Shown: positions 1-12,479 of the stretch, piece after piece
Layout of the letters: the number at the start of each line of letters is the position of its first letter
Position numbering within the stretch: position 1 is the stretch's first letter
NCBI RefSeq assembly: GCF_006345805.1
Contig: NC_043003.1
Location: 20,336,001-20,400,000, forward strand
Length of the DNA stretch: 64,000 nt
Direction of reading: 5' to 3'
Source of the DNA: Octopus sinensis
Lineage: Eukaryota
Translations under genes and position numbers: made by a program
Notes under the pieces: model-generated
The model's database searches: none
What the model was told of the DNA's origin: nothing
Seen by the model: the letters and a program-made list of their open reading frames with translations, nothing else

Positions 1-520
1 ATATGCGTCTACCTATCAATTTGTCCCTCTACCGTATCCATCAATCGATCAATCAAAGGATGTAATTATGCAGTCATCAAACAATTAGCCAATTAATCTC
101 TTTCAATTTTCTCTTAAGTGCTGGGATCGATTTAATCAGTTACCGATCTCTCGACGTGCAATGGGCCTAACGTATTACAGATGTGCCCCCAAACCGCACA
201 AATGACTACTAAAGCGAATAATTTTAACAGCCGATCCTAGCGGACCGGATCGGCAGACTTAAAACCGAACTCTAATTACATCAATTAGAATCAGAACAGC
301 TAAGCTGCAAGGACTACAGGTTACCACCCAAGTAAATACGCTGACATCTGCAAGTCTCCAAGCAGAAATGGAAATCTTATAACAACTGGACGGCGGACAT
401 CCAAAGCTGAAAGACATCAAAGGATAACGAGAGAGCTGCTACTCAGCAATGCAAGAGAAATGGAGGATTTGATTGGTTGATTGAATTTTCTCTCTTTCTA
501 TACGATCTGTTAATATGGTA

Positions 521-610
<90 letters not shown>

Positions 611-772
611 ATATATATATATATATATATCTATATATATATCTATATCATATATATATATATATATATATATATCGTCTATCTATCTACAATTACATAC
701 ATACGTATATATACATTATGTATGAGCATTTACGCACTCACTCACTCACTCACTCACTCACTCACTCACTCA

Positions 773-819
<47 letters not shown>

Positions 820-835
820 GCACACATTAATTTTG
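521..835. repeat. Compound microsatellite (ATCT)n-(TA)n-(CACT)n-(CA)n
   Basis: Directly visible; explains ORFs 515..841 and 718..915. Confidence 0.95.
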
Positions 836-839
836 ATGT

Positions 840-1050
840 AATGCGGCGAGCTGGCAGAAACGGTAGGATGACAAATAAAATGTCAAGCAACATTTCGTCA
901 ATCTTTATGTTCTGAGTTCAAATTCTGCTGAGGTCGACTTTGCCTTTCATCCTTTAGGAGCCGATAAAATGACTACCATTTGAGCAGTGGGGTCTATATA
1001 ATCAATTTACACCCTACTCCAAAATTGCTGATCTTGGACCAAAATTCGAT
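840..1050 (+). mobile_element. SINE family A copy (diverged)
   Basis: GCGGCGAGCTGGCAGAAAC head, B-box-like GAGTTCAAATTC, and core GTCGACTTTGCCTTTCATCCTTT...GATAAAA shared with many copies in the window. Confidence 0.85.
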
Positions 1051-1118
1051 GTACATTAATATGTATATTGATATTTGTATTTATATATATTTCTGTATTT
1101 ATATAACGTAAAGTATAC

Positions 1119-1219
1119 TAGCCATCTCAATATGGCTAACCATTAAGGGTGGGTGTTTCTGTAGCTTTTAGCCCCAGGAGATCATCGTCTCCAACTGCCT
1201 TTAGGCACACTTTCTGTGC
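1119..1219. other. Three-hairpin structured module, homologous in layout to 19053-19157
   Basis: Stems TAGCCAT/ATGGCTA, GGAGA/TCTCC and GCACA/TGTGC in the same order and similar spacing as in the 19 kb element. Confidence 0.55.
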
Positions 1220-1319
1220 ACGTATGGTATTTAGATTTATTATTGTATTTATATAGTTTTATGTATAATTACATATGCAACTATTTACAACTATATAACT
1301 ATATTTATATATATAATGT

Positions 1320-1510
1320 ATGCATTTGTGTGTTTCACAAGTGATGTTGATGTGCTTATGGCCCGGTAACATAGCAGTTCGGCAAAGGAAACCAATAGAA
1401 TAATAACTCAGCTTAGAAGGAATACGTTCTGGGGTTGATTTATTCGACTACATACGGTGTTCCAGCATGGCCGCAATCAAATGACTGAAACAAGTAAAAT
1501 AATAAAAGAA
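1320..1510 (+). mobile_element. SINE family B, 3' half (diverged)
   Basis: GTTCGGCAAA...ATAGAATAA...CCAGCATGGCCGCAATCAAATGACTGAAACAAGTAAAA tail. Confidence 0.8.
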
Positions 1511-2659
1511 TAATAATGAAATTAGTAACACATGAGAAAGGTTACGAAACGGCTGTAGCCTTATGGTAGTCTCTTAGTTAAATAAATAAATATATTCTCA
1601 ACGCTCAAACCTCCTAATTTTATGTTTTTATATTAAGAATTATGTGAATGCGTTTGTATGATGTATTTATTTATGCATAGTAATACACATCGCTGCATAC
1701 ATACATACATACATACATACATACATACATACATACATACATACATACATACATACATACATACATAGATACGTACATACATATATATATGTACATATAC
1801 ATACATTTATACACACACACATATACACTCACATATGCACCGGTACATACATGCATACATATACGACAATGTAATCATCAACCAATCAAACAGTTAGTCC
1901 CTAAATCTCTCGGTTTCGTTGCTCGATTATCAGTGTCTTAGTCCGCTCGTCTATCTTGAATATCTTTATATCTATCATATCTACTTAATACCAAGCACTA
2001 TTGTGTTACTTAACTTGCAGCCGCAACTCTTTCAGAATCGCAAGAGCCAGGTTTGAGCAGAATGCCGTTAAGTGGAAATTTATTCGCATTCTCACGTTTT
2101 CATCCTTTTCCTTTAATCTCCATGCTTTGCTTCATTTTCAGGTATATAAACAGACTAACAGACAGTTAGACAGACAGATGGATAGATCAAAATAGTGATA
2201 AAGAAATTTAGATAGACAGTTATCTATATTCTCTAAGCGACACACACACACATTATGTCATTTACACACACATACACACACACACAAACACATATTATTA
2301 GAAATTATCACAAGCATATGCATACGTACATACACACACTCACATAGTACATACACATACACACACACACAAACAGACACACTCACACACACATACACAC
2401 AAACACACACACACAAACAGACACACGCACATACACATACACACAAACACACACATACAAACACATATTTTTAGAAATTCACACAAGCATATGCATACGT
2501 ACATGCACACACACGTACATACACACACACACGCACACACAGACACACATACAAACACACAGACACAGACACATACACACATAAACAGACACATACACAC
2601 ACATATACATAAACAGACATATATGCATATCTACATGCATATGTGTATTAGATCTGTAT

Positions 2660-3085
2660 AGCTAGCTGGCAGAATCGTTAGCACGCCGGGCTAAATGCAT
2701 AGCGGCATTTCGTCCGTCTTCACGTTCTGAGTTCAAATTCCGCCGAGGTCGACTTAGCCTTTCATCTTTTCGGGGTCTATAGAATAAGTACCAGAAATAC
2801 AGGGGGGGGGCCGAACTTGCTGGCCTTGTGCTAACATTTCAAACCCTTACTAAGCTGATGTTTAAGGCGGCAAGCTAATCGATTGGTTAGCATGTCGGGC
2901 AAAATGCTTCCCAGCATTTCTTCGGCTCTTTACATCCTCAGTTCAAATTCAGTCGTGGTCAACTCTGGCTTTCCTCCTTTCGAGGTCGATAAAATAATTA
3001 CCTGTCATGCACTGGGTGAATGTAATCGACTTCCTTCTCGCTTCAAAAATTGCTGGCCTTGTACCACTATTAGAATGTATTATTA
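2660..3085 (+). mobile_element. Two adjacent SINE family A copies (about 2660-2850 and 2864-3085)
   Basis: Both have the family A head and the GAGTTCAAATTC...GTCGAC/GTCAAC core. Confidence 0.85.
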
Positions 3086-3641
3086 AGCCGGGATAATTTT
3101 GAAACAAGGATTTTCTGTTACAGAACCAAAGACGTTCTCATTCGGGTTGGTATTAGAAAAGCTTAAAAAATATAATGCTATGATAAACTGCGTGTAAGCC
3201 GAAATTACAACAACGGATATAAATAGAAGTATGCAATGTATTTTAAATGGTAGCTGTGAAGCATAAATTATACGAGTATGAAACGCTTGGGAGCAGCCAT
3301 TTTGGCCACGCTTATTAGGCGTCAGTGTTTCGACGCTGATTTATTTAACACCGTGAAAATTTTGGCACCGTGAAAATTTTGTTTTTATTTTAGTTGACAG
3401 CAAATTTGTAATCTCATCTACCAATCTAGTTGAATACTAATATGATAGCTGGTGAAATATTGACAAAACATGGAAAAGAAAGGGACTTTCTCACGATGGA
3501 ATGAATTCCTCTTCTTATTTGACGAAGTAAGCATACTGATAGTGAATTTAAATGTTGGAGCTGTGAGCTAAGAAATCTCTGATAAAGGAAGATACATTAA
3601 GATGTTTCTCTTTCTACATTAAAATGTATTAAATGACCCTG

Positions 3642-3674
<33 letters not shown>

Positions 3675-3894
3675 TCTCTTTCTGTGTCTCTTTCTTACTT
3701 TCTCTGTATGTGTATAAATCTAGGTTTACGTACGTGTGTGTGCATATATATCTGCATGCACGTACGTGTGTGTATGCAGATATATATGCACACACATACG
3801 TACGTACATATATATTTATATATGCGTGTGTAGATAGAAAATGTGATTAAAATATCCCTGCAGATTTCAATAAATCACCCACTATTAAAAGACT

Positions 3895-4383
3895 TTGGTG
3901 GCTGTGTGGTAAGTTGCTTGCTTAACAACCTGATGGTTCCAGGTTCAGTCCCACTGCGTGGCACCTTGGGTAGGTGTCTTCTACTATAGCCTCGGGCCGA
4001 CCAAAGCCTTGTGAGTGGATTTGGTATACTGAAACTGAAAGAAGTATGTTGTATATGTGTGTGTGTGTGTGTGTAAAAAATTAATTTATTTTGCATGGCA
4101 CAACAATGCTCTATAATAACAACAATGGACTATAATAACTGTTATAATTTGACTGTTATAAAACAATTCCTTCAGATATCCATAGGAATTGATCGATCAA
4201 TTCCTCGGGGGTATCTGAAGAAAGAATTTTTATATTCTAAAATATTATATTAGACTATGGATGATTGAATTATAACAGTTATTATAAGTCCATTGTTGCT
4301 ATTATAGTGCATTGTGCCATTCAAAAAACATTACTTGTTTACAAACAATACACAAATACTTCAAGTGAACTCTACAATACTCT

Positions 4384-4431
<48 letters not shown>

Positions 4432-4615
4432 TGTGTGTCTGTGTTTGTCCCTCCACCATCGCTTGAGAACAGATGTTGGTTCGGCAAAAGTGACCGATAG
4501 AATAAGTACTAGGCTTACAAAGAATAAGTCCTGGGATCGATTTCTTCGACCAAAAGGCGGTGCTCAACCATGGCCGCACTCAAATGACTGAGGCAAATAA
4601 AAGAATAAAGAATAA
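3895..4615 (+). mobile_element. SINE family B copy interrupted in its internal microsatellite by a fold-back insert
   Basis: Head GTGGCTGTGTGGTAAG...GGTTCAGTCCCACTGCGTGGCACCTTGGG at 3895-4072; tail resumes after (TA)n at about 4428. Confidence 0.85.
4093..4322. repeat. Fold-back (inverted repeat) element with central perfect 22-bp palindrome
   Basis: Arms about 4095-4149 and 4268-4320 are reverse complements; AGGAATTGATCGATCAATTCCT at 4184-4205. Confidence 0.85.
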
Positions 4616-5068
4616 ATGTTCAACAATCAGATACCATTAAATATAATGCTCCTATATTGTTGCGCCATATTTATTCCGAGTTTAGCTAACAATAAATGCT
4701 GATCAAATGTTTTTGTTATGAATGCAAATTTCAAACAAAATAATACACTCATCGTAAAATGTGATTTTGAGTGTATTCCATTAAGCCCTTTCAACTCGTT
4801 CTTTTGCACATTTTGTCTATGTAAGGGTGTTAAGTGTTAACTAGTTTCACGTAAAGAAAATATAAGCACAACAGCATAAATTGCCTCGCTGTTAAGTAAA
4901 AGTATCGAGAAAATAACCCAAGTGTCAGAAATAACAATTCTTTTCTTTTAATTCCACCCACATGATACAGTTCTATACTACTATCATATCCAAAACCTCC
5001 TCCTCATCTCTTTCTGTCCGTCTGTCTCTCTGTCTCTGATTCTGTCTGTCTGTCTCTGTCTGTCTCTG

Positions 5069-5111
<43 letters not shown>

Positions 5112-5435
5112 ATATAGATATTGATGATTGATTCTATCTATTCAGCTTATGAGCTGTGGCCATGCTGTATATATATATATATATATTATTGTTGACTTGA
5201 AATGTGTTTTTATGCTATAAAAACAATTTTACGTTAAACTGAAGAGTTTCTCAATACATTACTCAGAGTACAAATTCATTATTCTTTAACAAGAATTGAC
5301 AGTGACTTCGAAGTTTCGGCCGATGATGACTTAGCTGGTCAAAACTTCGCCGCCTCTTCTAACACTATTCTTGCTAAAAATATAAGTGTGTCCGTGAGTG
5401 TTTGCGCATGCATACATACACACACACACACACAC

Positions 5436-5523
<88 letters not shown>

Positions 5524-5572
5524 ACAAGTGTGTGTATGTATGCACAAACACTCACACAGACAGACAGGCAGG

Positions 5573-5671
<99 letters not shown>

Positions 5672-6069
5672 GGTTGCACATCAACATGTTTCACAAACTT
5701 CTGATGAACAATTTCCTCTAACCAGGGCTTTGGTCAGCTCGGGAGCATGGTTGCTGAATGTATCAGTGTTGAGAAGTAGCGTTGATGAAAGCGAACATGT
5801 AACTGTAAGGCTCCTCCTAAATCACATACCCGTACATAACGTACTTTTAACTATAGGTTAAGGCAATCATTCTTGATTAGGAATATCATAAAGAGGTGGA
5901 ATGGTTTCTATTTTCTAATGCAAGTCCATCGTAAATTTATTTTAAATATAATCTCGTTGGCCGTGGAATTGGAGACGTTAATCTTTAAACCGTCTCACAT
6001 TTCAGAATACAAATGGTAACTGTATACGAAGAACACGTACATACATACATACATACATACATACATACA

Positions 6070-6099
<30 letters not shown>

Positions 6100-6100
<1 letters not shown>

Positions 6101-6510
6101 GAAACCAATAGCATTATCATAGCAGAACAAGCAGCAGAGAAGAAGGGTGTCTGGGGATGTGCTGAACGTTTGTTAATCAACAAAACTGCGATTTCAAAGG
6201 CGCGAGAGCGTAGGAGGAACCTAGATTCAAACTGGCTAGACTTTGAAAGCCCTTGACTCTGTTTCCACTCATGGGTACTAGAAGCCCTTCAACTTGCTAA
6301 AGTTCCAGTGAGAATAGTCAAAGCCATAGCTGATCTGACTTCATCGTGGGCACCATCTTTAAATCAACCACAAAGAGTGACTATTATCACAAATAGGATA
6401 CAGTATCGCAAAGGCATATTCCAAGGAGACATTCTCTCTGTGATGTTGTTTATACTTTCTGTAAACTCCTTGACATTCATGTTAAAGAGGTCTGAAGGAT
6501 ATCTCACTGG
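6100..6510 (+). pseudogene. Decayed reverse transcriptase fragment of an R4/Dong-type (RLE) non-LTR retrotransposon
   Basis: Translates to EQAAEKKGVWGCAERLLINK...WLDFE, frameshift, then IQYRKGIFQGDILSVMLFILSVNSL, matching the EQ..GC.EQLLI / WIDY.KAFDSV / GIFQGDSLSPLLF motifs of this clade. Confidence 0.8.
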
Positions 6511-6870
6511 TTCATTTGGGCAAGTGTCTTCTACTATAGTCTCGGGCTGTCCAAATCCTTATGAGTGAATTTCGTAGACAGAAACTGAAAGAAGCCCGTC
6601 GTATATAAATATTCGTGTGTGTGTGTACGAGCGCGCGCTTGTCTGTGCATATGTGTTTTCACGTCTGTTTGTCCCCCACCATCGCTTGACAACCAGTGTT
6701 GTTGTGTTTACGTTCCCGTAAATTAGCGGTTCGGCAAAACAGACCGATATAATATGTATGTAGCAGGATTTAAAAAAACAGGACCCGGTATCAATTTGAT
6801 CGACTAAAACCCTTGAAGGCGGTGCTCCAGTATGACCGCAGTCAAATGACTGAATGAAACGAGGATAAGA
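6508..6870 (+). mobile_element. SINE family B copy, 5'-truncated, abutting the RT fragment
   Basis: TTGGGCAAGTGTCTTCTACTATAG...GCGGTGCTCCAG...CAAATGACTGAA. Confidence 0.85.
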
Positions 6871-6874
6871 TCAG

Positions 6875-7120
6875 AACACGTGATTACGTGACCGACCAGT
6901 CTATCAGATGTCATACATCGCTGGTCACAATGTGTTTTGCTTTGGTTCAATCATCTGGCTAGGCGAGCAGGCCAACATTCCCCGCCAAAAGAGGTACTGG
7001 AGCATCAGGAAATGAAGTGTTTTTCTCAAAAACACAACGTGCCACCCAGTCAAGGAATCGAATCTACGATCTAACGAACGTGAATGCAAGGGCCTTACCA
7101 CTAGGCCACACACTTTCACA
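6875..7120 (-). mobile_element. SINE family C-related copy with the same tail type as 49999-50279
   Basis: Reverse complement gives GTGTGGCCTAGTGGTAAGG...TTCGATTCC head and CATTGTGACCAGCGATG...TCACGTG tail. Confidence 0.7.
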
Positions 7121-7564
7121 AAACTAAACAAAAAAATAACAAAGAAACAAAGAAGAGATATTGCAAGTATTTATCGATTTAAGTTCTAATTTAATGCCAT
7201 TTCTGATTGTATATCAGGAAAATCTGAAAACAAATCCGTGTCATGCGTTGCCGCCTCATATGCATAGGCAGAAATTCGCCATTTTACAGAGTAAAATCTC
7301 TCAATATTTCCAACAGATAGTAGCTAACAACTACCAAAGATGGACAATTCGCACTAGTTTAAATTATGTTTGGAAATCGATCTGATTTTGACGTATATCT
7401 GTTGTGATCGTGCCAAGAAGTTTGATGTGCCAAAAGAAATTATGTTCGATGACAATTTTTACGTTTTTGCCTTCTCTGTCTGTCTGTCTCTCTCTCTCTC
7501 CCTCCCATCTCTCTCTGTCTCGATATATGTGTGTATGCGTATGTATACAACACACTTATATACT

Positions 7565-7653
<89 letters not shown>

Positions 7654-7744
7654 CAACAGCATTTACATGTGTATGTATATGTAATACACGTATACATACA
7701 TACATACACACGCACATACATACACACATGCACATGTATAGATG

Positions 7745-7783
<39 letters not shown>

Positions 7784-8534
7784 TACATATATATATATGA
7801 ATATGTATATATATATATATATATGTATACCTATATATATATGAATATGTATATATATATATATATAATATATATAGAGAGAGAGAGATAGATGTATGTA
7901 TGTATGTATGTATGTATGTGTATGTATGTATGTATGTATGTATATCGGTGTGCTTTGCATAGTTTGTTGCTACGATATAAATAATTGCATTTATATATTC
8001 TTATATCTGTATGTTCCACAGGTTATGTACATCACTAATGCAAATAACGACAAACGCCCGAGAGAAAGTCAGAAACATTTGCTGTTAATGCACACACACA
8101 CACACACACACACACACAACACACACGCACACACACATACGCGCGCACGCACACGTATATATTATACATACACGCGTCTACACATTTATTATACGTGAGA
8201 TCAGATCAAAAATAATCTGCTAATGTTAATCACGTAACCCAGTACTTCTTGCATCACAGTCAGGTCGTCTGAGACTAAACTAAACAACATCAATCTAAAT
8301 TTTGTGCTTTCTCACCCTTTTGTATCTCAACGTCACCTTTGTTGGCAAAATGGCGTATTTCAAACGAACGCTCTCTTTCATGTTATGCAAAGAAAAAAGA
8401 GAAAATGGATAAACAAAAATGGCGGAGGTTATTTTAATCAAACAAAAACGTAATTTTGCATTGTGGTTTATTGTCCCTAATTTTTTTTATATTTATTTGT
8501 GTAGAACCCCTTCCTAGTATTCTTTTATTATTTT

Positions 8535-9030
8535 GTTTTTTGGTCAGTCATTTTTACTGTGGCCATGCTGGAGCACCGCCATTATGTGCGTCTTTCTTTT
8601 ATTCTGTTATTCTTTCACGTCTTTCAGTCATTTGACCGCGGCCATGCTGGGGCATTGCCTTGAAGAATTTTACTCGAACAAGTCGACCCCAAGAGTATTT
8701 TTTAAAGTCCAACAGTCTCTTGTGTCGAACCGCTAAGTTACGGGGGCGTACACTCAGCAGCGTCGGTTGTCAAGCGGTGATGGGTGACAAACACAGATAC
8801 AAAGGCACGTACCCATACATACATATATACATACATACATGCGCGCGCACACACACATACACACACATACACACACACACATACATATACGATAGGCTTC
8901 TTTCAGTTTTCGTCTACCAAATCCACTCACAAGGCTCTGGTCAGCCCAAGGCTATAGCAGAAGTCACTTGCCAAAGTTACCCCGCAGTGGGACTGAACCT
9001 GGAACCACGTGGATGGGATGCAAGCTTATT
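8535..9030 (-). mobile_element. SINE family B copy
   Basis: Reverse complement of head (GCAGTGGGACTGAACC) and tail (TTTCAGTCATTTGACCGCGGCCATGCTGG). Confidence 0.85.
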
Positions 9031-9052
9031 AAATATGTGCGCACACTAAATG

Positions 9053-9485
9053 AGGTGCATGCATGACTCTCTGATTTAGAAGTTCACTTTGCAACCATGT
9101 AGTTTCGGGTTCAATCCAACATTCACAAGCGTCGTCTACTATATCTCTGGGCCGACCAATGACTTGTGAGTGAATTTGATAGACGGAAACTGTGTGGAAA
9201 CCCGTAATAAATCTGTCTGTCTGTGTGTGTCTCTCTCTATATCTATATATATATATATATCTGTCTATACACATATATATTAATATGTGTTGTACGTCTT
9301 TGTGATTTTGCTTGACGTTCCTCCACTACTTCGCAATCGCTGTTGGCTTGTTTACATCCTCGTAATATAGCGGGTTAGTGGTTCAGCAAATCACAAATAC
9401 AATGATTACAAAGCTTAAAAAGACCTTCAAAGCAGTACCCAAGCATGGCCACAGTCCATCGATTGAAAGAGGTAAAAGATAAAAG
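9053..9485 (+). mobile_element. Old diverged SINE family B copy
   Basis: GGCCGACCAATGACTTGTGAGTGAATTTGATAGACGGAAACTG and AGCATGGCCACAGTC tail. Confidence 0.7.
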
Positions 9486-9698
9486 ATTACGTTCATTTTT
9501 TTATAAATATTCTAAAGACAAGGGTTTATAGAACGAAATAATTTTATCTTGATGCATCATTAGTCATATTTCTGCTCATTTATAACACAGTGTGCCACTC
9601 ATATTCTCCTCCGAAAAAGAGTTTTTGAAAATGTGTTTAAAATATATACAAGGTTGGCCAAAAGTCACCCGACAGTAAATAAAAATTCTATAAATTCT

Positions 9699-9885
9699 AG
9701 GCGCAAGGAGTGGCTGTGTTGTAAGTAGCTCACTTACCAACCACATGATTCCGGGTTCAGTCCCACTGCGTGCCACCTTGGGCAAGTGTCCTCTACTACA
9801 GCATCTGGCCAACCAAAGTCTTGTGATTGGATTTGGTAGACGGAAACCGAAAAAATCCCATCGTATATGTGTATATGTATATATA

Positions 9886-9941
<56 letters not shown>

Positions 9942-10138
9942 TTGTGTGTGTGTTTGTGTTTGTGTATCTGTGTTTGTCTCCCCCACATCATTTGACAACC
10001 GACGCGGTTCGTCAAAAGAGACCGATAGAATAAGTACTAGGTTTACAAAAATATGTTCTGTGGTCGGTTTGCTCGACTAAAGGCAGTGCTCAAGCACGGC
10101 CGCAGTCAAATGACTGAAACACATAAGAAAAGAAAAGC
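9699..10138 (+). mobile_element. SINE family B, near full length (tRNA-derived head, CORE-like ACCTTGGGCAAGT, internal (TA)n(TG)n)
   Basis: A-box TGGCTGTGTTGT, B-box GGTTCAGTCCC, conserved body and tail. Confidence 0.9.
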
Positions 10139-10149
10139 ATACATCAATA

Positions 10150-10365
10150 TATAACTCTCAAAGTTTCGTACAAGGCCAGCATGTCCTGGGCACGGAGTGA
10201 GTCAATTACATCAACCCCAGTGCTCAACTGGTACTTATTTCTTATTTTATGCTCTCCAAAAGAATAAAAGGCAAAGTCGAACTCGGCGGACTTGAACTAA
10301 GAACGTAAAGACGGACAAAATGCCCCTAAGCTCGCAGTGCTATCAATTTTGCCAGTTCGCCACCA
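10150..10365 (-). mobile_element. SINE family A copy
   Basis: AAAGGCAAAGTCGAACTCGGCGGACTTGAACT is the reverse complement of the family A core. Confidence 0.8.
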
Positions 10366-10929
10366 GTTCGTCTTCATCAATATACCACGATTTTTTCTCG
10401 GCTCGGTTTTTATAAATCTTCATGAGTATATAAAAACCAAAGCGGAAATAGGAGCAGAAGATGAGTGGGGGAAGAATGCTTTCTGATCACAAATAAAATA
10501 TAACCGAGAAATGAAAGAGTCGTGGCACTTTGCCAGAGACTCTGCCCCATATTTGTTGTTTCTCTCTTTCTCTCTCACCCTCCCTCCCTGCCTCTCTGTC
10601 TCTCTATTGTTTTAGGTTAACATCTAGGACATGTTACTTACTCATAAATAATTAATTGAAAATAGCAACGAGTCATTTTTATTGCTCAGCGACAAGTTTT
10701 TTTTTTATATATGTATATAAACAAAGCAACAACTTTATATATTTGTATATTTTTCATAAGTAGGTCGCTTAGTAACTTGCAGAAAGTGACAAGTAGCACG
10801 AAGGGAGATAAATCACTTGAAATGGGAAACTAACACGCATTCTTGTCATTTTCAAATCCCATAATTCAAACAATACATTCGAATATTCTGAGATAATTTC
10901 TGTTGCATACATAACTCACTTAAACAGCT

Positions 10930-10940
10930 ATGTTTCATAT

Positions 10941-11036
<96 letters not shown>

Positions 11037-11118
11037 TTTATATATATATGTATATATATATACTCATATGTTGTATTATATATGTATAATATATATATAT
11101 ACGTGATATAAATATACA

Positions 11119-11158
<40 letters not shown>

Positions 11159-11265
11159 CATATATGTATATGTATGTATATAAATATATATATATATGTA
11201 TGTATGATATATATATTATATATACATACATATATGTTATATATATATTTATATACATACATACA

Positions 11266-11299
<34 letters not shown>

Positions 11300-11347
11300 T
11301 ATATGTATGTATATATATCTATATATATATATGTATATTTATATCTC

Positions 11348-11384
<37 letters not shown>

Positions 11385-11530
11385 TATATACATACATATG
11401 TGTATATATGTACATATATATATAAATATACGTGTATATACATATATATGTGTGCGCGTGTAGTACACATATGTGTGTGCGTGTGTATAAATACACACAA
11501 AGACAAACATACACATATATATATACACTC
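10930..11530. repeat. Long degenerate (TA)n/(TACA)n microsatellite
   Basis: Directly visible. Confidence 0.95.
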
Positions 11531-12067
11531 ACATGTATATTTTATTTCATGTTTTAATGTCTCGTTTAAAACTTACAATGAACATAAATACTGCGTATAA
11601 AACTGTAACTGAGAACAGAATGATACTAAGGGATAATAAATTAAATATCATTGCCGTCTCAATGTTATTCTCGTAGCAATTTGAATTTAATTCAATTTAA
11701 ATTCTCGTGCATGTAATAAATGTGACTAACATAGTCGCAAGTGCTGAAATTTTTATGACAGGGATTAGTGAATTAAATCGACTCAATGCTGGAGTGGTAT
11801 GTTATTGGTAAAATATCTTTCACCTGGGCGGTATTTAAACCAGAACATAAAGACTCATATCTAAATATCTCAAAGTATTTTGTCTGGAAGTGTTAGAATT
11901 CTGGAGTTTTAATGATTGTCTGTGCCATAGGTAAAAGAAAATTACTCCTCTACCATAGCCTTGTCCCAACATTTCAAATTAGAAACAATTTTTATAACAT
12001 ACAGGAGATTCCTTTTGTGTTGCAGTGCAAAAGGTTTGACTTACAGAGGCTCGGCCATTAAAAGTTT

Positions 12068-12475
12068 TTTTAACAGCATCTAGGTTCCTTAATCAATCAC
12101 CCATCTAAATATTAATTTCTCTCTACGTTGCTTGTGAAGGCGCGTGGCTTAGTGGTTATGGTGTTGGACTCATGATAGTGAGATTGTTGTTTCGATTCCT
12201 ACACCAGGCACCGCAATGCGTTCTTGAACAAAACACTTCGTTTCACATTCCTCCTGTCCACTCCACTCAGCTGGCAAAAATTAGTAATCCTGCGACGGAC
12301 CGGTCTCCCGTCCAGGTGGGGAAAATAGACACCATGGAAACCGGGAAACAAACCCTTATGTGTCGGCATGACTCGTGAAGGTAATTTTATTTTTTTATTA
12401 ATTTTTTTTATCTACGTTGCTTAACTTCAGTGATCGAACGAGAACTGATATTTTCAACGTGATATTGCCTCTATA
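12068..12475 (-). pseudogene. 5S rRNA pseudogene split by a SINE insertion (halves about 12423-12475 and 12068-12133)
   Basis: Minus strand reads ...ATATCACGTTGAAAATATCAGTTCTCGTTCGATCACTGAAGTTAAGCAACGTAGA [SINE] ...TTAATATTTAGATGGGTGA...GGAACCTAGATGCTGTT, matching invertebrate 5S rRNA with many substitutions. Confidence 0.85.
12134..12410 (+). mobile_element. SINE family C-related copy with 12-bp TSD TCTACGTTGCTT
   Basis: A-box TGGCTTAGTGG, B-box GTTTCGATTCC; TSD at 12122-12133 and 12411-12422. Confidence 0.9.
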
Positions 12476-12479
12476 AGTT

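Noticed and set aside
2021-2141. Possible 121-nt exon (TTGCAG...CAG|GTAT), and similar candidates at about 59093-59240 and 60276-60319
   Set aside because: Only generic splice-like signals, no recognisable protein motif and no consistent multi-exon frame.
9640-9680. Tc1/mariner-like terminal sequence TACAAGGTTGGCCAAAAGTCACCCGACAG
   Set aside because: No matching second TIR or transposase found nearby; too short to call.
12068-12475. Functional 5S rRNA gene or 5S-derived SINE3
   Set aside because: Heavily substituted and interrupted; the SINE is on the opposite strand and flanked by a TSD, so it is an insertion.
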